Assembly (NCBI GenBank): GCA_043745805.1 | Contig: JAYTSD010000031.1 | Span: forward strand, 32,001 to 96,000 | Source: Fibrobacteria bacterium | GTDB lineage: Bacteria; Fibrobacterota; Fibrobacteria; UBA11236 | Direction of reading: 5' to 3' | Length of the DNA stretch: 64,000 nt | In this document: positions 21,701 through 30,956 of the stretch, piece after piece | Numbering within the stretch: the first letter of the stretch is position 1 | Layout of the letters: every line of letters begins with the position of its first letter | The notes under the pieces: generated by a model | Told to the model about the DNA's origin: nothing | The model's input: only the letters and a program-made list of their open reading frames with translations | The model's database searches: none | Position numbers and translations under genes: made by a program

Positions 21701-21991
21701 TTTGCTTCGAGCTTGGAATTTCGTTTTCCTTTTATTCAGGAGTTTACTGTGGTATGGCCTATACCTTTTAGTTTGCGCTATATCACAGGATCTGTTTTCA
21801 CGGATTATGGTGGCGCATGGTCACAAGGAAATGCTTTTAGCCAAACTGGGCTGTCCATGGGTTATGGGATGCGTATGAATTTAGGTATATTTGTTTTACG
21901 CTATACTACGGCGAAAGCAATACTTATCAATGGATTTGCGGAAAATAATAGACCTTGGCGAGAATATTGGTCTTTAGGGGCTGAGTTTTAA
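18746..21991 (+). CDS. Omp85/BamA-TamA family protein with N-terminal zincin-like domain and TolB-like (PD40) propeller
   Basis: Signal peptide from TTG 18746, HEMTH...EGLAEY, repeated P(S/V)xSPxG/WSxDG blades, LRGF barrel motif, C-terminal Phe. Confidence 0.8.
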   Translation: MKAKQIFYLVLFLCGNYSSLWAFGQNKVQYHQFLWSFYRTEHFDIYFPQGADRLATFAGKNVEDMYRSVSKTVGHQLATRVPIILHNSHAEFEQTNVIRLPLHEGIGGFTEIFKNRIVLPFEGSYTEFHHVLQHEMTHAVVFDMLFGEAAGASVGRQVAYQFPLWVSEGLAEYASLGWDLSSEFFMLDATTFGYVAPPTVDFGGFLAYKGGQLFFHFVESTYGKGTVTKLIQALREMRDLPDAFKKVTNTSLEEAGELWLRELRYIYWPELGQRKYGKSVARQLTDHGRDLSFFNLQPSISPNGKEIAFFSDRESWEGIFILNIKTEKITRSVIQGGKGGKHESFHAFKSGIAWSPDSKRLAIVSKSGGLDVIHLIDVKTGKVRKEIRPNVQAILSPSWSRDGGYIAFSGMNENLTDIYVWDIAHENLKRLTHDLAHDDKPVFSPSGNWIAFETDRPDALMKSYTADPLDDYSHLLPASDIYKINIAGDTLIKVSGGTYDEKMPSYGANDSSLVFISNRSGIDNIYLHRDSASIGIDKPISNLLSGCFTPSWSWDGKLLAFSLFEQGGWDIFLMKNPLEKVLPQELPKTLFIKTQEDSTLRFFRLVNWANLSSMNVDSLKADSLYQDSMKVVDAKIKADSLTRSKIASKDSLAKVTKDSANINTDSSSKAANHEKEKMASKENKTENAKKKSVFALDSNEYIAADGRFIKRKYSPSFSLDMVNAGVAYDNIYGAGGLGYITLSDLMGDQELAFALNLNGSFDNMSLAMAYNYLALKPDFSISGTYEAYLSNNSILYPADSIFIDRQFRIAGGMSYPWSVFDRWELNVHSFFNTRTLSETVDSGSVDNYQPLEVNGVMPELDIVHDNTLWGIVGPVNGERVQAGIIMLPPLTQNKYSYIEATVDGRKYWEFGKKYTLAAKVTAGLSEPLGDYENPHFFPVGGDEFNLFNPRPNVQVLDIPHQQFYYADYPIALRGFEYYDFIGTRMFASSLEFRFPFIQEFTVVWPIPFSLRYITGSVFTDYGGAWSQGNAFSQTGLSMGYGMRMNLGIFVLRYTTAKAILINGFAENNRPWREYWSLGAEF

Positions 21992-22063
21992 AATCTTCTC
22001 GTGAATTGGTTTTAGTTTTATAAATTATGGGTCGATGAAAAGTCAAACCGGGATTGTGACACG

Positions 22064-22528
22064 ATGAGATTATCTGAACGCTTTACGGAAAAATGCATTA
22101 TCATTGATTCGCAAAAGCAAAACAAAACCGAAGTGATTGAAGAAATGGTTTATTTATTATGCGATGCCTTCGCAATTGAAAATCGCGAAGGTGTGCTGCA
22201 AGCCGTTTTGGGACGCGAACAGAAAATGTCAACCGGCATTGGCTGTGGTTTAGCAGTGCCGCACGGCAAAGTGGATTTTGTCGATCAAATGTGCGTAGTT
22301 GCTTGCTCGGTAAAAAAAGGCATTAACTTTGAAGCCTTAGATAAAGAATCCGTATTTTTATTGTTCTTAATTGTATCGCCTGCAAACACCACAGGGCCAC
22401 ATATTCGAGCGCTGTCTGCGATTTCACGAATTATGTCGGATGCCGATATTCGCAAAAGTTTAATTCAATCGAATTCACAAGCCGAGTTCTATGCGAATTT
22501 GAAAATTGGCGAAGAGAAATACAGTTAA
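22064..22528 (+). CDS. PTS EIIA (Ntr/fructose-type) domain protein
   Basis: REQKMSTGIGCGLAVPHG phospho-His motif. Confidence 0.88.
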   Translation: MRLSERFTEKCIIIDSQKQNKTEVIEEMVYLLCDAFAIENREGVLQAVLGREQKMSTGIGCGLAVPHGKVDFVDQMCVVACSVKKGINFEALDKESVFLLFLIVSPANTTGPHIRALSAISRIMSDADIRKSLIQSNSQAEFYANLKIGEEKYS

Positions 22529-22554
22529 TTAAAAAAAAATTCATGGGGATGAAA

Positions 22555-23703
22555 TTAAGTCCCCAAACTTGCATCCAATAAAATTTTTAATTCCGCCAAA
22601 CTTTTTTCCCAAGAAAAGTTGTCTCGAATCCATTGTGGACCTTGTTCTGCAAAGCTTTGCAAAACTTCGGGATGACGATATAAATTTTCCAGTTTGGCTT
22701 GTAAATCATTTGCATCACCCGCTTTAAATAATTGACCTGTAACCCCTTCATGGAGTGCTTCGGGAATCCCTCCGGTACGCGCAGCAAGCACCGGTGTTCC
22801 TAAAGATTGCGCTTCGAGTAAGCTCAAACCTAAGCCTTCAATATGATTGTTGTTTTGGGGAGGTAAACTGGGCAAAATCAATAAGTCACTTTTTAATAAC
22901 CATGCGATTTTTTCATTTTCTGAAACCTCATTTATAAAGTGGATTTTGGAAATCAAATCCGCTTCTTGCACTTGGCGCCGTAAATTTTCTTTTTCGGGAC
23001 CCGAACCAATAATATGTAATTCCCAATTCAGATTTTTCATTTTGGCCAAGGCATTAATCAATAATTCCGTTCCTTTGCGAAATACTAAACGATGCATACA
23101 AAGGAGCTGTAAACGATTGGTTAAAGTGTTTTGTGAGGGTAGCTTACGCATTACAGTGGGTGGGGAAAGTGGACTGCCATAAAGTAAAAACAAAGCCTGT
23201 TTTGGTGATATTTTTAAATCCTGATAAAGCTTTTGTGTGAAGCGCGATCCAGCAATGACATGATCGGCATTTTGGAATAAGTATTTTTGTAAAACTCGGA
23301 TAAAAGGAGAGTGGGAAATTAATTCTTGCCCATGAATTAAAATTAAATAGCGCGAAGGCCAGCCTAAAAGCTTTAAGACTAAAGATGGAATGGCGGTAGA
23401 CCATTGCATATGTAATTGCACTCGTAATCGATATTTCCCCTTTAAGTGTAGAACATTCCAAAATCCTTTTAGCATAAAGCTTATTTTTGAACCACTATAA
23501 ATAATGGTGGAATTGGGCCCAAGGTTTTTCTCCTCAACCATTTGAGTATTTTTATGCCGCCTAATTATTAAAATATGCGCAATTAATTGGTCACCTAAAA
23601 CCTCTAATATTCTCTGGGAGTAGGTTTGCAAGCCGCCTATTTCAGGAGGATAATCGGTAGTAATAAATAAAATGGATTTAGGTGTTTTAATTTTTAGACT
23701 CAT
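22555..23703 (-). CDS. Glycosyltransferase family 4
   Basis: DYPPEIGG, RLVFRKG, EGLGLSLLEA (EX7E), GGIPEA. Confidence 0.88.
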   Translation of the reverse strand: MSLKIKTPKSILFITTDYPPEIGGLQTYSQRILEVLGDQLIAHILIIRRHKNTQMVEEKNLGPNSTIIYSGSKISFMLKGFWNVLHLKGKYRLRVQLHMQWSTAIPSLVLKLLGWPSRYLILIHGQELISHSPFIRVLQKYLFQNADHVIAGSRFTQKLYQDLKISPKQALFLLYGSPLSPPTVMRKLPSQNTLTNRLQLLCMHRLVFRKGTELLINALAKMKNLNWELHIIGSGPEKENLRRQVQEADLISKIHFINEVSENEKIAWLLKSDLLILPSLPPQNNNHIEGLGLSLLEAQSLGTPVLAARTGGIPEALHEGVTGQLFKAGDANDLQAKLENLYRHPEVLQSFAEQGPQWIRDNFSWEKSLAELKILLDASLGT

Positions 23704-23857
23704 TTCCTATACAATTTGTTTAAATCCTTTTAAATGTAAACCTCGGATAGATACCGATTATTTATATTAATAAGAGTTTAACTGAAGTGATTCCGTTCCT
23801 TTCGGTTTTGTTCAGTTTCATTGGATTAGAAAACCTTGTATCGAATATTACCATACT

Positions 23858-24616
23858 ATGGACGAAAATTCTAAAAATCTCACTACGTTAATTTATTGTT
23901 CTACATGGCAGGATGAGAGCTCGGGTCCATCTTTGGAGCAACAAAGTTTGGAATTGCAAACCTATTGTGCTTTGCATGGGTTAAATGCCGGTGAGTTGAT
24001 TATTGACACAGGTCCCTATGAAGCGGGAAAAATTCGGCCCGGACTAATCAGACTTTTAGAGCGCGTGGTAGAAAACGATATTTCCCACATAGCGATTTAT
24101 GATGTGTCCCGTATTTGTAAAGAAATGCAAGTGGCTTATTCCTTTTTAAAAGAGGCCTTTGATCCGAAAGTTACCGAAATTCATATAGTGTCTTGGAATA
24201 TGAGTACCTTAGCGGAAAATTGCCAAAAAATGTTGATCATGTTTAATGATATGCTGCGAATAAATAAACCCACAGTGAGTACTCAAGATTTATCATCCAA
24301 GCCTTTACGCGAAAAGCCTTTGTGGACGCGTTTATTTAATCTTTTACAAGATGAAAAATTTACTGAGCTACTTATTAAGGCATTATTTGAATTGAAGACG
24401 GTGGTACAGCTTAGTGATGCAGAGTATGCAGCAGTTCATGGCGGATATGATCATCTTAATTTATTCCATGCTTTGGGGTATAAAATCAAAGGTGAAAATA
24501 CCGACAATACCAAATTAGTGACGGATGTATTAACGCGTTATTGGGATAGTTTGAAGCCCAATTTAAATAGCGATCTTTCGCGTATTATTGAAGGCACGGA
24601 AGCGGCGATGTTCTAA
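23858..24616 (+). CDS. Degenerate serine-recombinase (resolvase N-terminal domain)-like protein
   Basis: IY...SLEQQ, RPGL..LL and YDVSRI follow the resolvase pattern, but the YxRVS catalytic motif is replaced by YCSTW. Confidence 0.55.
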   Translation: MDENSKNLTTLIYCSTWQDESSGPSLEQQSLELQTYCALHGLNAGELIIDTGPYEAGKIRPGLIRLLERVVENDISHIAIYDVSRICKEMQVAYSFLKEAFDPKVTEIHIVSWNMSTLAENCQKMLIMFNDMLRINKPTVSTQDLSSKPLREKPLWTRLFNLLQDEKFTELLIKALFELKTVVQLSDAEYAAVHGGYDHLNLFHALGYKIKGENTDNTKLVTDVLTRYWDSLKPNLNSDLSRIIEGTEAAMF

Positions 24617-24764
24617 ATAAGTAAATAAGCCTTTAAATCCAGAACTCGACTTTGTCTTTGACGCATTGACTGTCTGCTCACCTTATTATATCCTTTCTCC
24701 AAATTAAGCTGGGTTCAAGTTTTACTTTATTTAACCATAGAACCCATTCGGGATAGGATTCATT

Positions 24765-27290
24765 TTGGCAAAAGATATTGGACCAGAGAAAACATTAATC
24801 ATCGCCGAAAAGCCTAGCGTTGCTCAAGATTTACTCAAGGCCTTGCCTGAGAAATTTGAAAAGCAAGACGGTTATTTTGAAAGCGAACATTATTTGGTGT
24901 CTTATGCTGTGGGTCATTTGGTGGCTATTTGCAATCCCAAAGAAATGGATGATAAGCATAAGTCTTGGTCATTAGATAATTTACCAATTCTACCCGAAAC
25001 ATTTCAAATTAAAGCTTTACCCAAAACCAAAACGCAATTGAGCACTTTAGCAAAACTCATTCGCCGTAAAGAAGTCACTAAAATTGTAAATGCTTGTGAT
25101 GCAGGCCGTGAAGGGGAATTGATTTTCCGTTATGTATTGCAATATTGCAGTGAAACCAAGCCGGTTAAAGCAAGTATTTCACGGCTATGGTTACAGAGTA
25201 TGACTAAGGCTGCGATGGAAAAAGGTTTAAGTAATTTGCGCTCCGATCAGGAAATGCAAAAATTATTTGCTGCCGCACTTTGTCGTTCCGAAGCGGATTG
25301 GTTAGTGGGTATCAATGGCTCGCGTGCTTTAACCGGTTATAAATCCTTAAAAGGCGGTTTCTTTCTCACGCCTTGTGGGCGCGTGCAAACTCCAACGCTA
25401 TCGATGTTGGTGAGTCGCGAAGAAGCGCGTAATCAATTTGTGTCCGTTAATTATTGGGAATTACAAGGTCGCTTTACTTCGAGTGGCGATGAATATTTTG
25501 GCAAATGGTTTGATCCCGAATACAAAAAAAATGAGAGTGATGAAAATACCAAGGCCGATAGAATTTGGAATGAAGCGCAAGCTAAAGATATTTTAGCGCG
25601 CTGCCAAGGTAAGCCTGCGGAGGTTACGGAAACCCAGAAACCCTCCTCGCAAAGCGCTCCTCCATTATATGACTTAACGAGTTTACAACGCGAAGCGAAT
25701 GCACGTTTTGGTTTTTCTGCAAAAAATACTTTGGGCATTGCTCAGGCCTTATACGAAAGACATAAATTATTGACCTATCCACGTACGGATAGTCGATTTT
25801 TGCCGAATGATTATTTGGATGTAGCCAAAAATTTAATGACCTCTTTGCAAGATGGTGAATTTGCCGTTTTTGCTAAGAAAGCTTTAAAGCAAAATTATGT
25901 ACGCATGGACAAACGGATTTTTGACGATGCAAAAATTTCTGACCATCATGCCATTATTCCTACCGGGACTGAGCCTGGGGAATTAAGCGAACCCGAACGC
26001 AAAATTTATCAGATGGTAACACAAAGATTTCTCAGCGTATTTTATCCTCCGGCGCGTTTTCTGAATACTTTGCGCATTTCCAAAATTGACGGAGAGCAAT
26101 TCAAAACCGAAGGAAAAGTTTTGGAAGATGCGGGTTGGAAAGAAATTTACGGGGTAGATAAAAAAGAAGAAGAAATCCTTAGTCCGCTTAAAGCGAATGC
26201 TAAAGTTGTGGCTACGGAAATTGTGTTAAGAGGGGATGCCACTAAACCTCCACCACGATTAAATGAAAGTACTTTGCTTTCCTTTATGGAAAGTGCGGGT
26301 AAATATGTGGAAGATGAAGAATTAAAAGAAGCCTTGAAAGAGCGTGGCTTAGGCACTCCAGCGACTCGTGCTGCCGTGATTGAAGGACTCATTGAAGATA
26401 AATATGTGGTGCGTGAAGGTAAAGAACTTATTCCCACTGCCAAAGGTATTGATCTATTGCGTTTGCTTTCCGCCATTGGTATCGATGAATTAGTTTCTCC
26501 TGAGTTAACCGGTGAATGGGAGTTTAAACTTACGCGCATTGAAAAAGGCTTATTTACTCGCGAAGAATTTATGTTAGAAATTCGTGATTTAACCAAAAAA
26601 ATCGTGACCAAAATTAAAGCCTATGATGAAGATTTAGAACGCAAGCAGGCGGCTTTTAAAAGTCCTATACCGGGCCGTACTTTTTTTGAAACCTTGAGTA
26701 AATTCCAAAGCGATGATGGCAAAATCGTTATTCGTAAAGTACTCGGTGGTCGACAAATGAGTGAAGATGAAATTCTGGAATTATTAACCAACAAAAAAAT
26801 TGGACCTTTGACCGGATTTCGTAGTAAGCAAGGACGTCCCTTTACCGCTTTGATTAAACTAACGGATGAACTTAAAGTGGAATTTGTTTTTGAAGACAAT
26901 AATTCCGGTCCCGATGGGAATGCTTTGGATTTAAGCAAACAAGAAGCTATTGGTGTTTCACCGGTGGATAATAGCAAGGTTTATGAAACTTTAACTAGTT
27001 ATGTAAGTGAATCCTCAGTGAATGGGGACACTAAAAATGGTTTAAAAATCAATAAAGTTATTTTAGGCCAAAGTTTGGATCGCGAACATATTCGTAAAAT
27101 GTTGGCCGGCGAAAAAACTGCCTTGATTAAAAATTTCCAATCGTCTAAAACACGTCGCTTTTTTGATGCTTATTTAAAATTATCTAAAGAAGGAAAAATT
27201 CAATTTGAATTTCAACCTCGGGTATTTAAAGGTCGCGGAAAGAAACCTAAAGCAGATACCGCAGAAGTCGCTGAAGCTGCTGCGGAATAA
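24765..27290 (+). CDS. topB: DNA topoisomerase III
   Basis: LIIAEKPSVA, NACDAGREGELIF, GRVQTPT, TYPRTDS (catalytic Tyr), GLGTPATRA, C-terminal repeats (GFRSKQGRPF, NFQSSKTRRFF). Confidence 0.92.
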   Translation: MAKDIGPEKTLIIAEKPSVAQDLLKALPEKFEKQDGYFESEHYLVSYAVGHLVAICNPKEMDDKHKSWSLDNLPILPETFQIKALPKTKTQLSTLAKLIRRKEVTKIVNACDAGREGELIFRYVLQYCSETKPVKASISRLWLQSMTKAAMEKGLSNLRSDQEMQKLFAAALCRSEADWLVGINGSRALTGYKSLKGGFFLTPCGRVQTPTLSMLVSREEARNQFVSVNYWELQGRFTSSGDEYFGKWFDPEYKKNESDENTKADRIWNEAQAKDILARCQGKPAEVTETQKPSSQSAPPLYDLTSLQREANARFGFSAKNTLGIAQALYERHKLLTYPRTDSRFLPNDYLDVAKNLMTSLQDGEFAVFAKKALKQNYVRMDKRIFDDAKISDHHAIIPTGTEPGELSEPERKIYQMVTQRFLSVFYPPARFLNTLRISKIDGEQFKTEGKVLEDAGWKEIYGVDKKEEEILSPLKANAKVVATEIVLRGDATKPPPRLNESTLLSFMESAGKYVEDEELKEALKERGLGTPATRAAVIEGLIEDKYVVREGKELIPTAKGIDLLRLLSAIGIDELVSPELTGEWEFKLTRIEKGLFTREEFMLEIRDLTKKIVTKIKAYDEDLERKQAAFKSPIPGRTFFETLSKFQSDDGKIVIRKVLGGRQMSEDEILELLTNKKIGPLTGFRSKQGRPFTALIKLTDELKVEFVFEDNNSGPDGNALDLSKQEAIGVSPVDNSKVYETLTSYVSESSVNGDTKNGLKINKVILGQSLDREHIRKMLAGEKTALIKNFQSSKTRRFFDAYLKLSKEGKIQFEFQPRVFKGRGKKPKADTAEVAEAAAE

Positions 27291-27305
27291 GGTTTAGCTA
27301 TAAGC

Positions 27306-28211
27306 TTATACGGCTTTGAATCCAGTGATAAAATAGCCACCGGTTTTGTCGCTCGGGTCTTTGGTTTGATGATACACATCCAAAATAACCGAAGAACGAT
27401 GAAAATGATTTCCTATATACTTGAAAAATATTTCCGATCGCGTTTCTTTAATCGGCTTTTCTAAAGCGCCTTCGCAAAAGAAAGAACGCAATTGCGTGAG
27501 TTCACTTAATTCTTCACGCAAGGCATTGGCATAATCCACTTTAAAAAACATCCCCCCTTTTTTCAGCAAATGGCGGCCATCGCGATTGATAACTCTATCG
27601 GTCATCATGCTTTCGAATAAATCCTCAGGATCCATGGACGTTACCTCGTCTTCAGGATCCATTTCCCTTAAGCGGGCTAAAATTTTGGCTTGTGCCACAT
27701 CATTGCGATTTTTATAACCATTCTTATCATAATTTTTTTGATCGCCTGGAGTATAGGTAATATTAGGAAACACAAAGGTTACGGCATCTGCTTTGCCAGC
27801 AGGTATACTAAAGTTGGGTAATTTGGTTTGTACCAAATGCACCTGTGCATTTTTCCAGTCAAAACAATTTTTATCATTTCGGAATTCGGCTAGTACGCCA
27901 TTCACTTCCAATTTTTTCTGTAAGCGTTCCAACATTTTAATCGAACCATCTAAGGCTACAAAACGTGATTTAGGAAAATGTTTTTGTAAGGTGATTAAAA
28001 AATCACCATTGCCACAGGCATAATCCACAATGGTTTGCGGGAAACCTTTATTTTGTTGGCGCCAAGTTTTTGCAATATAGTCTGCAATATTGACATAAGC
28101 GCGTTGATGCGCAGGATTACGACTTTGTTTTTCCCACCAATCACCAACCCCTTGATCATAACATTTGGGACCTTTGGCTAATGCTTTTTCAAAATCAATT
28201 TTCATAATCAA
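27306..28211 (-). CDS. Class I SAM-dependent methyltransferase
   Basis: IVDYACGNG motif I, ALDGS motif II. Confidence 0.72.
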   Translation of the reverse strand: MIMKIDFEKALAKGPKCYDQGVGDWWEKQSRNPAHQRAYVNIADYIAKTWRQQNKGFPQTIVDYACGNGDFLITLQKHFPKSRFVALDGSIKMLERLQKKLEVNGVLAEFRNDKNCFDWKNAQVHLVQTKLPNFSIPAGKADAVTFVFPNITYTPGDQKNYDKNGYKNRNDVAQAKILARLREMDPEDEVTSMDPEDLFESMMTDRVINRDGRHLLKKGGMFFKVDYANALREELSELTQLRSFFCEGALEKPIKETRSEIFFKYIGNHFHRSSVILDVYHQTKDPSDKTGGYFITGFKAV

Positions 28212-28257
28212 TCCTTATTCCTAAATGAATATGCGATGTCCAAGTTTGGTGGTAAAG

Positions 28258-29235
28258 TTATTCTAAGCGATAAGGCTTTAAATAATTTAAAGCTTCTACA
28301 AAGCCCGCAGGCAAAGGGCTTTCGAACTTTAATACTTTTCGTTTATGCGGATGTTTAAATTCTAATTGATGCGCATGCAAAGCTTGACTACTAAAGTGTT
28401 TCAATAAATTTTTCCCCAATTGCACTTCCAACGGTTCCAGTTTTTCTATCGCCATTTTATTTCCGCCATAAAGATTATCCCCAACAATAGGATGGCCTTT
28501 TTGTGCAAAATGCACACGGATTTGGTGTGTGCGTCCGGTCTCTAAGCGTACTTCTAAATAAGCGGCGCAGGGATAAATGCTTTTCACTTTAAAATGCGTA
28601 ATCGCTCTTTTACCATCGGCGCGAACCGTCATGCGAATGGGATCGCGTAAGCTACGACCTATGGGCGCATCAATAGTGCCTTCAGTTTCCGAAAATTGCC
28701 GCCAGGCTAAGGCATGATATACGCGACGAATTTCATGCTTCTCTAAAAGCTTAGCTAACTTCGCATGGGTTTCATTATTTTTCGCTACGACCAGTAACCC
28801 AGATGTATCCTTGTCCAAACGATGCACAATACCAGGGCGTAACGGTCCATTCATATCCGAAAGATTTTTGAAATGATAGGCTAGGGCATTGGCTAAAGTT
28901 CCCGAATGAATGCCATTTCCCGGATGCGTCACTAAACCTTTGGGTTTATCGATGACTAATAAAAACTCATCTTCATAAACAATGGTTAAAGGAATGTTTT
29001 CTGGAATAAGATCGGTAATAATAATTTCTGGTGCTTGTTTTACTTCTAGTATATTGTGGGTATGCAGCACAGAATTTTTTTTAACTGCATTTTGATTAAT
29101 TGTGAAGCATTGCGCTTCAATCCATTTTTGAATTTGCGTACGCGAAAAATTGGGTAAATGATTTTGTAAAAATTTATCGACACGTATGCCATCTTCTTCC
29201 GGATTACAAATCCATTGTTGGCCTACTTTAAACAT
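28258..29235 (-). CDS. rluD: RluA-family pseudouridine synthase (RluD-like, S4 domain)
   Basis: RVDKFL...SRTQIQ S4 domain, KPKGL, HRLDKDTSG, TGRTHQIRVH; start uncertain (29235 or 29256). Confidence 0.88.
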   Translation of the reverse strand: MFKVGQQWICNPEEDGIRVDKFLQNHLPNFSRTQIQKWIEAQCFTINQNAVKKNSVLHTHNILEVKQAPEIIITDLIPENIPLTIVYEDEFLLVIDKPKGLVTHPGNGIHSGTLANALAYHFKNLSDMNGPLRPGIVHRLDKDTSGLLVVAKNNETHAKLAKLLEKHEIRRVYHALAWRQFSETEGTIDAPIGRSLRDPIRMTVRADGKRAITHFKVKSIYPCAAYLEVRLETGRTHQIRVHFAQKGHPIVGDNLYGGNKMAIEKLEPLEVQLGKNLLKHFSSQALHAHQLEFKHPHKRKVLKFESPLPAGFVEALNYLKPYRLE

Positions 29236-29785
29236 GAGGCACTTCCGCATTAACAACCGCTACTGGAGTGACCTTAGAAGCAAAAAGGGGTTGTAATAAA
29301 ATCAAAGTTACCCCAATACAAACCCAACTATCGGCTAAATTAAAATTAGGCCAATGCGGTTCCACTCCCGGAATACCAGCATATAAAAAGTCGGTCACTT
29401 TATTATACATCACTCTATCGATTAAATTTCCGCAGGCACCGGAAAAAATTAGCGCGGCAGCTAATTTGGAAATCCAATCCTTTGCTTGGATTTGGCGATA
29501 ATATAAAATGAGTCCAGTAATTGCTAAAAGGGATATTAATAAATAAAAAAGGGTTGGGTTTAAAAAAGGTAAAAGGCTTTGCGGCCTTAATCCAAAGGCT
29601 GCACCGGTATTAAAGACTAAGCGAAATTGTAACCATTGGCCTATTACGGGAATGGTTTTATAATAATCCGGTGACCCATCGGGTAACATAAAATGCAAGC
29701 GCATCATCCATTTTGAATATTGGTCGGAACCTAAACCAATGAGAATGATTAAAATACGAAATAGATTGGAGTTATGGAATTTCAA
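29228..29785 (-). CDS. lspA: Lipoprotein signal peptidase II
   Basis: DQYSK, NTGAAFG, GNLIDR, VTDF, FNLADS. Confidence 0.93.
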   Translation of the reverse strand: MKFHNSNLFRILIILIGLGSDQYSKWMMRLHFMLPDGSPDYYKTIPVIGQWLQFRLVFNTGAAFGLRPQSLLPFLNPTLFYLLISLLAITGLILYYRQIQAKDWISKLAAALIFSGACGNLIDRVMYNKVTDFLYAGIPGVEPHWPNFNLADSWVCIGVTLILLQPLFASKVTPVAVVNAEVPHV

Positions 29786-30954
29786 GTTATTCCCTTTAAT
29801 GAAGATGTGGAAAGTAGCGACTCATGTGAGTGTAAAATTTTTTCGACTTGAGCGAGTGGTTTAGCAAAGCTTTTACGAATTAAAGTATTGGACCAGCAAA
29901 TCAAGCTCGTATTGCGCACGATACGCTGTACATCGGCACGGCTGATTTTGATTTTAGCTTGGGTTTCCAAAACTTGGGGATCGGTGGATGTTAATGCCAA
30001 GGTTTCAATAGCCATAAATAATGGCCATAGACAAAATAGTCGCAAACGCGGTTCAAAAAGAGGTAATGAGCAACTATACTCTAAGGCGTCGCATAAATGA
30101 TTTTTGGCTTTGAAGGTTAATGTTCGCAATATTGCCATGGCTTTTTGGCGATGTTCAGGAAAGAGAAAATTAGTATTAGTCAATCCTTGCTCTTGTAATA
30201 AGTTGGCGGGCAGGAAGGAAATATTTCTTTGCCCATCTTCACTAATATCTTTAAGAATATTGGTAAGTTGCAAACCTAAGCCAAAAGAAATGCAGAGGGA
30301 TTTTAACTTTTCGTATTTTATTTTGCTGATTAAAGGGGAATGATTAGCGAATAAATCACAAAGCATTTTACCCACGGTTCCTGCTACGTAATAGCAATAG
30401 TCATCTAATTCTTCTATTGATTCAATGAGCGGTTTTTGTTGTCCCTGTAATTGCTTTTCGGTGAAGTGAATCATGCCATCACACATTTCCTGCACACATT
30501 GACTAGTAATACTTTTAACTTTTGATGACTGCTGTGCAAACTGTTGAAATATCCATTCACAATGATAAATCAGTAATTGATCCCAACTTTCTGAAGTTTT
30601 CCAAAATTGCGGCAAAGCATTTTTGAATTGGCTAATCATTTGTTCGGAAGCAGTTTCTTCCATTAAATTGCGAAAGCTTTTAAGCAGTACAATTTTATTT
30701 TCCGGACTTAATTGTGCATCATCTTCTAAGGTGTCGGCCATGCGACAAAATAAATAAGCCAATAAAATGGGATGATGTAATTTTATCGGCAAAACCTGAA
30801 TATTTAGGGCAAAGGTGCGAGAAACTTTATGCAATATAAAAGCTGCATATTTTTTGGAATTAGAAATTTTTTGTGTTAATAATTCTTCTATCCAAATTTT
30901 ATCCTCTAATGATAGGGAGGAGGCCGTGTTTATTGGATTATTTGCAGTGGACAT
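29782..30954 (-). CDS. Squalene/phytoene synthase family protein (squalene synthase-like)
   Basis: VSRTF, YLFCRMADTLEDD, YCYYVAGTVG, GLGLQLTNILKD. Confidence 0.85.
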   Translation of the reverse strand: MSTANNPINTASSLSLEDKIWIEELLTQKISNSKKYAAFILHKVSRTFALNIQVLPIKLHHPILLAYLFCRMADTLEDDAQLSPENKIVLLKSFRNLMEETASEQMISQFKNALPQFWKTSESWDQLLIYHCEWIFQQFAQQSSKVKSITSQCVQEMCDGMIHFTEKQLQGQQKPLIESIEELDDYCYYVAGTVGKMLCDLFANHSPLISKIKYEKLKSLCISFGLGLQLTNILKDISEDGQRNISFLPANLLQEQGLTNTNFLFPEHRQKAMAILRTLTFKAKNHLCDALEYSCSLPLFEPRLRLFCLWPLFMAIETLALTSTDPQVLETQAKIKISRADVQRIVRNTSLICWSNTLIRKSFAKPLAQVEKILHSHESLLSTSSLKGIT

Positions 30955-30956
30955 CT

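Noticed and set aside
23780..23817. Hairpin AACTGAA...TTCAGTT upstream of the recombinase-like gene as a riboswitch or res site
   Set aside because: Short imperfect stem with no recognisable aptamer or multi-subsite pattern
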